64,000 nt of DNA, taken from Gemmatimonadota bacterium (GTDB taxonomy: Bacteria; Gemmatimonadota; Gemmatimonadetes; Gemmatimonadales; Gemmatimonadaceae). Position numbers and translations under genes: made by a program. Below, piece after piece: positions 1-7,765 of this stretch. Within the stretch, counting starts at the first letter, position 1. Every line of letters begins with the position of its first letter. The notes under the pieces are model-generated. The model had not been told where the DNA came from, did no database searches, and saw only the letters and a program-made list of their open reading frames with translations. Where the stretch lies: positions 1-64,000 of the forward strand of contig JANMLN010000151.1 in NCBI GenBank assembly GCA_031372565.1. The letters run 5' to 3'.

Positions 1-366
1 CGGCCACTGGCCGCTCAAGCGCACCAAGTGGACGACCTCCGCTTCGATTGTCTCAAGATCCTGGTCGGACAGAGAAGGTTCCGCAGCGTACCACACCCAG
101 AGCGAGATCTCCTTCACGTGGTGGCGAAAGCGATAGCCGTAGTAGCCACCTCGGCCTGAGGCCTTCCAACCGAAACGCAGGCGGCTCCGAAGCGCTTGCT
201 TCGTGACGCCGACGTACACAACGCGGCCCGCTAATGCGAAGACGTACAGTTTGGGGCCTTTCGCTGAGGCACGTCCTCGGAACGGCGCTCTCCCGCCCGG
301 CGTAGTCACTTGGAAATCGCCTTCGGTGACCGCTAGCTCGAAGCGATCCGGTTCGGAGAGCAACAA
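1..366 (-). CDS. Integron cassette ORF, GIY-YIG-like nuclease domain protein (3' end outside window)
   Basis: Manual translation from TTG at 366: MLLSEPDRFELAVTEGDFQVTTPGGRAPFRGRASAKGPKLYVFALAGRVVYVGVTKQALRSRLRFGW...DLETIEAEVVHLVRLSGQWP. Open to base 1. KLYVF-x-VYVGVT-x-LRSRL...E resembles the GIY-YIG motif. Starts 11 nt after an attC core site. Confidence 0.7.
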   Translation of the reverse strand, partial: MLLSEPDRFELAVTEGDFQVTTPGGRAPFRGRASAKGPKLYVFALAGRVVYVGVTKQALRSRLRFGWKASGRGGYYGYRFRHHVKEISLWVWYAAEPSLSDQDLETIEAEVVHLVRLSGQWP

Positions 367-377
367 TGCTTGGGCCT

Positions 378-483
378 TCCTAACGTTCAAGGTTCAGCTG
401 CAGAGCCATTCAATAAAATGGCGCGGCGCGAAGCGCCGTGCCATCCTCCATAGCGGCTCTGTCAGTTGCAACCGGCGTTAGGA
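378..483 (-). mobile_element. attC recombination site 1
   Basis: Minus strand: TCCTAAC-GCCG-GTTGCAAC-TGAC...GCTGAAC-CTTGAAC-GTTAGGA. Long imperfect palindrome with two extrahelical bases. Confidence 0.9.
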
Positions 484-508
484 AACCGGGCGCCAGCTGC
501 TCGGGGAC

Positions 509-784
509 CTATAGCGGCCATTTGATGACGGCCTCGGCGAGAATCTCGTCGAAAGGTCGCGAACGCTTGCGGTGCTCGCTCGCGACGAAGAGCACCCTCT
601 CGGCGAACGCGTAGTTGTTGTCTTGGAGCTCCTTCGACACGCCGAAGTACTTTCTGGCCTGAGCGAACGAGACGCGACCTCCTCGTAGAAACGAATGATG
701 CAGGCGCGATAGCTGATCACGCGTCAATCGCTCGGACTCGAGATAGCTGAGAGATTCGCGTAGACGATCGGCCTTCGATGTCAA
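509..784 (-). CDS. Integron cassette ORF, hypothetical protein (91 aa)
   Basis: Fills the space between attC2 and attC1. TTG start 9 nt after the GTTAGGC core. Confidence 0.7.
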   Translation of the reverse strand: MTSKADRLRESLSYLESERLTRDQLSRLHHSFLRGGRVSFAQARKYFGVSKELQDNNYAFAERVLFVASEHRKRSRPFDEILAEAVIKWPL

Positions 785-793
785 TTCGTGGTT

Positions 794-908
794 GCCTAAC
801 GTTCAAGGTTGAGCTGCGGGACCATCGGACGAGTATGCCGCTGGCGTGTGCAGCGAGCAAGGTCGCGGTAGGGCGACTTGGCCCCGTCAGCTCCAACCAG
901 CGTTAGGC
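794..908 (-). mobile_element. attC recombination site 2
   Basis: Minus strand: GCCTAAC-GCTG-GTTGGAGC-TGAC...GCTCAAC-CTTGAAC-GTTAGGC. The hicB stop codon TAA lies inside the R'' box. Confidence 0.9.
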
Positions 909-1115
909 CGCGACCTCGACGGAGACGGCATAGCTCGAAGGCGCCGGCAGCGCGGCCCCATCCTCGCGCAGGCCCTCGAGATGAAAGGCGATCGCGTCGC
1001 GGATGCTCGCCTCGACGTCGTCCCGCGTTGCGCCGGTGGCAATGCAGCCGGGCACATCGGGCGAGTAGGCGGAGAAGCCGGTCTCGGTCTGTTCGACAAT
1101 CACGAGGAGCTTCAT
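903..1115 (-). CDS. hicB: HicB family antitoxin (short, no C-terminal DNA-binding domain)
   Basis: FSAYSPDVPGCIATGATRDDVEASIRDAIAFHLEG is a typical HicB motif. ATGA overlap with hicA. Confidence 0.9.
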   Translation of the reverse strand: MKLLVIVEQTETGFSAYSPDVPGCIATGATRDDVEASIRDAIAFHLEGLREDGAALPAPSSYAVSVEVAA

Positions 1116-1300
1116 GTCTTGAGTCCTGCCTGCTTGAGGATGCTATTCAGAGTGCCTGGCGCGACATCGTCATTCGGCTTGCCAGCGACCGTGACGAGGC
1201 CGGGCTTGGTCGGATGGCGATACTGCTCGTGGCTGCCGCGCGTCCGAGCGAGCATCCAGCCGTCATCGCGCAGGAGCCGGAGCAGATCGCGGATCTTCAC
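1112..1300 (-). CDS. hicA: HicA family mRNA interferase toxin
   Basis: DGW...RGSHEQYRHPTKPGLVTV...GTLNSILKQAGL, with the catalytic GSH motif. Confidence 0.92.
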   Translation of the reverse strand: MKIRDLLRLLRDDGWMLARTRGSHEQYRHPTKPGLVTVAGKPNDDVAPGTLNSILKQAGLKT

Positions 1301-1306
1301 CTACGG

Positions 1307-1335
1307 AGTTTGACGAGTCCGCGTGAGGAAGGCAA
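1307..1335 (-). promoter_or_regulatory. Putative sigma70 promoter of the hicAB cassette (probably leaderless)
   Basis: Minus strand TTGCCT-N17-CAAACT, then 6 nt to the hicA GTG. No clear Shine-Dalgarno. Confidence 0.55.
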
Positions 1336-1350
1336 GCGCTTCACGGGGCT

Positions 1351-1457
1351 GCCTAACGTACAAGGTTCAGCTGCGGAGCCATATCAACAAAATGGCGCGG
1401 CGCGAAGCGCCGTGCCATCCTCCGCAGCGGCTCCGTCAGTTGCAACCGGCGTTAGGG
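1351..1457 (-). mobile_element. attC recombination site 3
   Basis: Minus strand: CCCTAAC-GCCG-GTTGCAAC-TGAC...GCTGAAC-CTTGTAC-GTTAGGC. Near-identical to attC1, with a compensatory stem change. Confidence 0.9.
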
Positions 1458-1474
1458 CGCGGACCGGGAAGTGG

Positions 1475-1903
1475 CTATTCGTCGTGCTCACTCAGGTGCG
1501 CGCGGATCAAGGGGTCGTCGTCCGCGATATGGTCGATGATGTGGAAGACATCTTCCAGCCGTGGGTGGGCGAGTGCGGCATCGCGGGAAAGCACTTCGCC
1601 CATGATCTCGACGTGCTGCCAGGGAGACTCGCTCCGTTCAAGCACTCGTGCGGCCCTACCCTCTGGATTGACCGATAGCTCGAGCGCGACAGCCACGCGA
1701 CTACTGGGTGGGGCGTCGTCCGCCCAGTCGCCCACGCTGACGAGTGTGCTCACTGCTGGCGGCCGGTGGCCCTCGGTGAAGCGGACGTAGTATATGGCAT
1801 AGGCACTCCCGTCCTCGGACACGTATCCAGTCCGCGTGAGGACCTGCGCACCGCAACACGAACACGGCCGCGATCGCGGCTCCGCGAGTTCGAGAGTGAT
1901 CAT
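1475..1903 (-). CDS. Integron cassette ORF, hypothetical protein with N-terminal CSCCG motif (142 aa)
   Basis: First cassette of the array. ATG 13 nt after the GTTAGGG core; ends just before attC3. Confidence 0.8.
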   Translation of the reverse strand: MITLELAEPRSRPCSCCGAQVLTRTGYVSEDGSAYAIYYVRFTEGHRPPAVSTLVSVGDWADDAPPSSRVAVALELSVNPEGRAARVLERSESPWQHVEIMGEVLSRDAALAHPRLEDVFHIIDHIADDDPLIRAHLSEHDE

Positions 1904-1916
1904 CTGGCTCGGGTCG

Positions 1917-1991
1917 CCCTAACGTGTATTCAACAGCAACTCCCCACCTAGTTCCCGAACGCGCCTTTCGATCAGCTTCCTAATCCCTAAC
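1917..1991 (-). mobile_element. attI-like site with upstream core-like direct repeats
   Basis: Minus strand ...GTTGCTGTTGAATACAC-GTTAGGG. The core has no attC palindrome partner. Extra GTTAGGG/ATTAGGA/ACTAGGT motifs at 1985-1991, 1978-1984 and 1946-1952. Confidence 0.6.
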
Positions 1992-2273
1992 CTTTCCTCT
2001 ACGCGACCGCCCGGCAAGTACCCGCCACACTCCGGCTTGTAACACGCGCCGAGCACCACCTAACTCCGCCGCTCGGCCGCGAACGCGCTGCCTAGTTCGG
2101 CCACCGCGACGCCCTGTGCCGCCACTGAGCCTGGCCCAGCTGCACATCCCAAACGTGAGCCGCCCCCCGGACAGCCGCCCCCCCCACCCCGCTGGACGCC
2201 TCCCCCCCCAACCCGTAGCGTTGCCACCACCCGAACCACCGCTCCGCCGCTCGCCACACCCTCGGCCGCCTCA

Positions 2274-3386
2274 ATGCGCATCACCCGCATCCTCGCCTAC
2301 CGCGCGCTCCTCCCACTCCACGAAACCACCTACAAGTGGTCGGGCGGAAAGTCGGTCACCACCTTCGACTCCACCGTCGTTCGCGTCGAAACCGACACGG
2401 GCCTCGTCGGCCACGGCGAAGTCTGCCCACTCGGGCCCTTCTACCTGCCCGCGTACGCCGATGGCGTGCGCGCAGGCATCCGCGAACTCGGGCCACACCT
2501 CATCGGCGCCGATCCACGCGAGCTCGCCAAGCTCAATCGCCTCATGGACGCCGCGCTCAAGGGGCACCCGTACGTCAAGAGCGGTATCGACATCGCCTGC
2601 TGGGATATCCTCGGCCAGGTCGCCAACATGCCCGTCTGCGAACTGCTCGGCGGACGCTACGGCCACGACGTCCACCTCTATCGCGCCATCTCACAGGAGT
2701 CGCCCGAAGTCATGGCCGCGCGCGTCGCCGAGTATCGCGCGATGGGCTATCGCCGCTTTCAGCTCAAGGTAGGCGGTGATCCCGACGTCGATATCGAACG
2801 CATCCGCGCGGTCGCGGCACAACTGGAATCCGGCGATCGACTGATCGCCGATGCCAACACCGGGTGGGTCCAGCACGAAGCGGTGCGCGTCGCCAAGGCG
2901 GTGCGCGACATCGACGTCTACATCGAGCAGCCCTGTCTCACCTACGAAGAGTGCCTCGCGGTGCGCCGCCAGATTCCGCATCCCTTCGTGCTCGACGAGA
3001 ACATCGACGATCTGGGCATGCTGCTGCGCGGCAAGGCGGACCTCGCCATGGATGTCGTCAATCTCAAGATCAGCAAGCTCGGCGGACTCACCAAGACCAG
3101 GCAGGCACGCGACCTCTGCGTCTCGATGGGCATCGGCATGACGATCGAAGACTCGTGGGGCGGCGACATCGCCACGGCAGCCATCGCGCACATGGCCCAC
3201 AGCACGCCCACCGAATTCCTCTTCACCACCACGGACTTCAACAGCTACGGACCGGTGAGCATCGCCACCGGCGCGCCGCAGCGCGTGAACGGACGCATGG
3301 CGGCATCCACCGCGCCGGGGTTGGGCATTCAGCCGCGCATGGACGTGCTGGGCGCGCCGCTCGTCACCGTCGACAAGGGCGCCTAG
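2274..3386 (+). CDS. Enolase superfamily (mandelate racemase/MLE) enzyme, hydroxyproline(-betaine) epimerase/dehydratase-like
   Basis: FQLKVG, DAN, EQP, DE and NLKISKLGG motifs. Confidence 0.85.
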   Translation: MRITRILAYRALLPLHETTYKWSGGKSVTTFDSTVVRVETDTGLVGHGEVCPLGPFYLPAYADGVRAGIRELGPHLIGADPRELAKLNRLMDAALKGHPYVKSGIDIACWDILGQVANMPVCELLGGRYGHDVHLYRAISQESPEVMAARVAEYRAMGYRRFQLKVGGDPDVDIERIRAVAAQLESGDRLIADANTGWVQHEAVRVAKAVRDIDVYIEQPCLTYEECLAVRRQIPHPFVLDENIDDLGMLLRGKADLAMDVVNLKISKLGGLTKTRQARDLCVSMGIGMTIEDSWGGDIATAAIAHMAHSTPTEFLFTTTDFNSYGPVSIATGAPQRVNGRMAASTAPGLGIQPRMDVLGAPLVTVDKGA

Positions 3387-3398
3387 CGCCAACCACCG

Positions 3399-4685
3399 CT
3401 ACCGATCCGTCAGCGCCGCATACACCAACTTCTTGACCTCGCGCTCCAACGGCGTCACGCGAAACGGCGCGGTCTGTGTCATCACCAGTCCCACGATGTC
3501 GTTCTTCGGGTCGACCCAGAAGAAGGTGTTGTAGATCCCCGACCAGCCGAAGCTCCCCGCCGCACTCGAGACGAACGTGTTCGGCTGTGTGGTCTGCACG
3601 GTCACGCCAAGTCCGAAACCGTAGCCCGGCGCACCGTTGTACGGTGCGGGCACACTCTGCGGTGGCACCAGCCAGTCGCGCGTCATCTGCGCCACCGTCT
3701 CCGCCTTGAGAATGCGCGTGCCGTCCAGCGTGCCGCCGTTGAGCAGCATCTGGGCGAAGCGCAGGTAATCCTCCGCCGTCGACACGAGCCCGCCGCCGCC
3801 CATGAAGAAGCGCGCCGACTCGTCCTGGAATGATTGCGTGTCATCCGACAGCGTCACCCTCACTCGGCGGTCCGCGCCCACCGTATGCAGCGCTGCCACG
3901 CGGGCCTTTTGCGCTGCTTCGATGTGAAAGCCCGAGTTGCGCATGCCGAGCGGCTTGAAGATGCGCTCGCGCAACACGACATCGAATGACTGGCCCGCTG
4001 CCACTTCGATCACGCGCCCGAGGACATCAAGCCCGGCCGAATAGCTCCACCGTTCGCCCGGCTGGAAGAGCAGGGGGAACCGCGCGACCGAGTCGGCGAA
4101 GAAGGCGATCGTCCTGGAAGGATCGTACACCTTGCCCGCCTTCCAGATGGAGTCGCTCCACGTGTTGAAGAGGATGTAGCCGAGCCCCGACGTGTGCGAC
4201 ATGAGCTGCGCGACCGTGATCGGGCTGGTCGCAGCCACGGTCTGCGGAGCGAGCGCACCACCGCCCGTGTACACACGAACATTCGCGAACGCCGGGATGT
4301 ACTTGGACACCGGATCATCAAGCCTGAGCTTCCCGGCATCAACCAGCTGCAACGCGGCCACGGTGGTGACGGGCTTGGACATGCTCGCGATGCGAAAGAC
4401 GGCGTCGGTCGTGAGAGGCGCCGCGCCATCCACGTTCATCTTTCCCACCGCCTGCGCGTGCACGAGCTTGCCGTGTCGCGCCACCACGGTCACGATCCCC
4501 GCGTAGCGACCAGAGTCGATGTTCGCCTGCATGGCCGGCAGAAGCTTCGCGAGCGCCTCCGACGAGAAGCCAGCCTGCTCCGGCGTGGCGCGCGGTAGCC
4601 ACTGGGCGGCGGCGCGCGCAGGGTCCGCCGCGAGCACCAGCAGCGCGGGCACGGCCACGCGCGTGAACGATTGCAGCGATCGCAT
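3399..4685 (-). CDS. Secreted serine hydrolase, beta-lactamase family
   Basis: Signal peptide, FRIASMSK (SxxK), LMSHTSG, PGERWSYS, FGWSG. Start set at MRSLQS. Confidence 0.88.
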   Translation of the reverse strand: MRSLQSFTRVAVPALLVLAADPARAAAQWLPRATPEQAGFSSEALAKLLPAMQANIDSGRYAGIVTVVARHGKLVHAQAVGKMNVDGAAPLTTDAVFRIASMSKPVTTVAALQLVDAGKLRLDDPVSKYIPAFANVRVYTGGGALAPQTVAATSPITVAQLMSHTSGLGYILFNTWSDSIWKAGKVYDPSRTIAFFADSVARFPLLFQPGERWSYSAGLDVLGRVIEVAAGQSFDVVLRERIFKPLGMRNSGFHIEAAQKARVAALHTVGADRRVRVTLSDDTQSFQDESARFFMGGGGLVSTAEDYLRFAQMLLNGGTLDGTRILKAETVAQMTRDWLVPPQSVPAPYNGAPGYGFGLGVTVQTTQPNTFVSSAAGSFGWSGIYNTFFWVDPKNDIVGLVMTQTAPFRVTPLEREVKKLVYAALTDR

Positions 4686-4773
4686 GCCGACCAACCGGGT
4701 GAGAGTGAGCGGATGATGAGGCCGCGCAACGTGCAGCGCCAGTGGTCCGCACAGCATCATGCGCCGCGGCATC

Positions 4774-7737
4774 CTACAGAAACGGCTGATACCTCGGCTT
4801 CCACAGCCGGTCATACGTGATGCCCACGCGCAGCTGCGCCGAGAAGCCCGGCTTGCTCGTCTGTGGCACCTTCCCCTGGAACAGGTACAGGTCAGCCGCC
4901 ACCGACAGCGACAACTCATCCACCAGCGGAATGAGCAGTTCGTGCACCATGTTCTCGCGCAGCCCCAGGTGGCTCGCGTTGTCGGCCGCCGAGGGAAACA
5001 GGTAGGTGATGTCGTTCCGCAGGCGGTACGTCACCCCGGTGATCGACGAGATGCCGGGGACCGCACCCAGCCGCCACTCGAACTGCGCCACCGACTGGAA
5101 GCCATACTGCAAGTTGGGCCGGCCGAAGTCGTTCTCGATCGCAAGTGCCAGCTCGGCGCGGCGAATCACGGGCCCGGGCATCAACAGGTAACCGCCGCTC
5201 GCCCGCACGGCCATCTTGCGGTTGTTGTCGCGCCCGCTCGTGATGTCGATCGTGGGGGTGAACTCGGTGTTCAGCAATCCGCGCACGAACAGGTGCGGTT
5301 CGCCTGCCGTCGCCACCCGCCGCGATGGCCTGAGCGTCACGTCCAACCGGATGTCGTTGGTCAACGTGCTCACATCCTCGCGACCCGCGCTGAAGATCCC
5401 CTGCCGCGAGTAAGCGAGCGAGAGTCCCACATCGGTCGCGGTGGTCGCGCGTTCATGCGTCATCAGGACGCGTCCGGTGAAGCCGGCCATCCACACATTG
5501 CGCGCCGTGACGCGTGCGTCCGGTACGGCGCCGTAGTCGCCTTGCGTGGTCACCTGATTGGCCGAGGCCCAGAGCGTGGGTCGGTCGAAGATGAAGCTCA
5601 GCAGGCTCACGTACGGTTGGTCCGGCGCAATCAGCGCGGCCACGGCATCGATCTGCTCGTCGCCCTTGGCGCGCGCACGAATGCGCTTGAGTTCGCCATA
5701 CACGAGATCACGGATCGCCAAGGGCTGTGCGCCGCGCATGGGTTCCAGCGTCCCATCCGCGTCCTGCACGAAGGTGCGACGCACGCGACGCCCGCGCGAC
5801 AGACTCTTGAACCGCGCCCCCTCGAAGAGCACGTCGCTCGTCGCCATGCGATAGTAGGTCTGGTCATCGATCTTGTGCCCTTGCACGGTGCCCGCAACCG
5901 CGTCGAAGCCGCTCGTGGCCAACTCGCCGCGCACATCCTCGCGCAGCGCGGCCCTCAGATCCGCGCCGGTGATGTCGAGCAGGACGATCTGATCTTCCGT
6001 CCAGAGCCACTCGTCGATCTCGTTCTCGTGCAGCTTGCCGATGAGCGGCGGAAACTGCTCGAGCCGGCGGATCACGGCGACCTCGGTCTGGCCGCGCAAC
6101 CGGACCAGCCGCGCCATGAACGCTTCCCACATCGCCTTCGACATGCGCCCCTGTCGCGTCACCGCATCAACCTCGCGCAACTCGGGATGGCGGTCGGCCA
6201 GGTTCACGAAGGCGGGGAACATGAGCTCACCACGCGGGCGGCGGTTGAGCGTCGCGCGACCCGTGATCTCCCGGACGAGCGCGGTATCGGCCGGGATCTG
6301 GTCGGTCACGGCCGCGATGCGATGCGACACCGCCGAGAGATGCAGTGCACCGCTGCGCGCGATCGTGCCTGGGTCCGTGCGTGCGGCGTCGGTGGCCGCG
6401 CGACTCCGAACGCTCCGCCGGAACTCGAGATCGAGCTGTCCCACACTCAGTCCGTTGGCCGCACTCCGCGCGATGAGCGCTGGCGGCCCCGGCCGCGCAA
6501 AGGGACGATCCGGCAACTCCACGCGCACCTGCGCCGCTTCCGGCGCCCAGCGCACCGGCATGTCGGCCACGATCGCATCGATCCCGGGGACCTCATCACC
6601 CAACGCGGCGTTGTCGAGCGGATCCATGTTCGACAGGGCGACAATCGCGTCGACCCCCGCCGCACGCAGCCGCGCCACTTCGCGTCGTGCCGCGATCGCC
6701 GGGGCCTCGAAGATGAAGTCGCCCAGGCGCGCGCGCGGCAAACCGTCGCGTGCACGCAGGTTGACGAGCCCGATGAGTCCCACGCGCATGCCGTTGGCCT
6801 CGATGATCCGGCTCGGCACGAACACCGACGAATCCTTCGTGCGCACGTTGGCCGCAAGGAGCACCACGCCCGGCGTCTCGCGGGTGATCTCGCCGAGCGC
6901 TGCGGCGCCGAGCGACAACTCGAATGCGTACGGCACGAGGGTGCCGTAGCCCAGCCGCGCGAGGGCAAGCTGGTTGAGCCGTGCGCGCTCGGCGCGTGAA
7001 AGCTCGATATCGCTCTCCTGATGACCGAGATCGACGGTGATCACCGCGCTTCCACGGGCACGCGCCGCCGCGGCCATCGACGTGACGAGCGTCGCGCGCG
7101 GCCCAAGCTCGCCGAGGTTGAGCGGGAGCTCGAAGAGTCGCGAGTCCAGCACGTCGATCCGGTTCATCTCGCCAGCGCCCCATGCGTCGGCGTCTGACGG
7201 CCAGACGGCGCCCGGCTGCTCGACGATGTAGACGCGATAGTCGTCCGGCGTTCGCAGCCGCGACACGCGCACACGTGTTGGCACGAGGTCCGGAAAGTCC
7301 GTGCTCCGCCGCGGATTCTGGTCGAGCATCGCGAGCAGGTCGGGCTGCGGACGCCACGGGTCCTGCAGCAGGAGCACATTGGCGCTCACGAGCGCGCGCA
7401 CGGTGTCGATCCGTTCGGCCTCGGCGCGTTGCGCGATGATCCACGGCAGCTCGTCGCCGCGCGGTTCCTCACCCGAGAAGAAGACCACGATGCCCGGCGT
7501 GCGCCACGCCAGGTGGCTGACCAGCTTGAAGGGCTGTCCTTCCGTCGCGGCCTGTTGCGTGAGGAGCTCGTGCTCTTCCTGGGCGCGCCGCGCACCGAGC
7601 GCGCCGAGGCTGCGTCCTGTGTAGACGATCGTCACGCGCACCGTGTCGCGGGGCAGCTGCGCCTCGGCGGCTCGTGGAGGCGAGAGCGAGGCGACTGCGA
7701 GAAGGATGGCGAGCGCGAACGACGACGGTCGTGCCAC
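4774..7737 (-). CDS. Secreted protein with a degenerate 5'-nucleotidase-like region and a probable C-terminal beta-barrel
   Basis: Signal peptide. LLAANV, RIIEANGMRVGLIGL, LRAAGVDAIVALS, VPGIDAIV and IVLLDITGADL resemble the 5'-nucleotidase scaffold. The C-terminal ~270 aa show alternating amphipathic strands. Confidence 0.65.
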   Translation of the reverse strand: MARPSSFALAILLAVASLSPPRAAEAQLPRDTVRVTIVYTGRSLGALGARRAQEEHELLTQQAATEGQPFKLVSHLAWRTPGIVVFFSGEEPRGDELPWIIAQRAEAERIDTVRALVSANVLLLQDPWRPQPDLLAMLDQNPRRSTDFPDLVPTRVRVSRLRTPDDYRVYIVEQPGAVWPSDADAWGAGEMNRIDVLDSRLFELPLNLGELGPRATLVTSMAAAARARGSAVITVDLGHQESDIELSRAERARLNQLALARLGYGTLVPYAFELSLGAAALGEITRETPGVVLLAANVRTKDSSVFVPSRIIEANGMRVGLIGLVNLRARDGLPRARLGDFIFEAPAIAARREVARLRAAGVDAIVALSNMDPLDNAALGDEVPGIDAIVADMPVRWAPEAAQVRVELPDRPFARPGPPALIARSAANGLSVGQLDLEFRRSVRSRAATDAARTDPGTIARSGALHLSAVSHRIAAVTDQIPADTALVREITGRATLNRRPRGELMFPAFVNLADRHPELREVDAVTRQGRMSKAMWEAFMARLVRLRGQTEVAVIRRLEQFPPLIGKLHENEIDEWLWTEDQIVLLDITGADLRAALREDVRGELATSGFDAVAGTVQGHKIDDQTYYRMATSDVLFEGARFKSLSRGRRVRRTFVQDADGTLEPMRGAQPLAIRDLVYGELKRIRARAKGDEQIDAVAALIAPDQPYVSLLSFIFDRPTLWASANQVTTQGDYGAVPDARVTARNVWMAGFTGRVLMTHERATTATDVGLSLAYSRQGIFSAGREDVSTLTNDIRLDVTLRPSRRVATAGEPHLFVRGLLNTEFTPTIDITSGRDNNRKMAVRASGGYLLMPGPVIRRAELALAIENDFGRPNLQYGFQSVAQFEWRLGAVPGISSITGVTYRLRNDITYLFPSAADNASHLGLRENMVHELLIPLVDELSLSVAADLYLFQGKVPQTSKPGFSAQLRVGITYDRLWKPRYQPFL

Positions 7738-7765
7738 GGCGGGAAACAGTCGGGAGGGCGTGGGT

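Larger units (their letters stand above)
1..1935 (-). mobile_element. Integron gene-cassette array (proximal end), with no intact integrase in the window
   Basis: Three attC sites alternate with short co-oriented minus-strand ORFs. Each cassette's opening GTTAGGN matches the inverse core of its own attC. An attI-like site is at the proximal end. Confidence 0.9.

Noticed and set aside
378..1457. The ~110-bp repeats as a CRISPR array or terminators
   Set aside because: They are too long, are separated by whole genes, and have attC box architecture.
1924..2100. Pc cassette promoter
   Set aside because: TTGCCG and TTACAA hexamers are present on the minus strand, but no well-spaced -10 element.
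3399..4685. Serine hydrolases (also 45212-46597) and ABC-F (46735-48345) as resistance genes
   Set aside because: Only generic family motifs are present, which do not support a resistance call.
4759..6999. Long antisense or alternate-frame ORFs (also 29701-32217, 37210-39306, 48841-51177, 57901-60162)
   Set aside because: Shadow ORFs typical of high-GC DNA. They overlap well-supported genes and carry no motifs.
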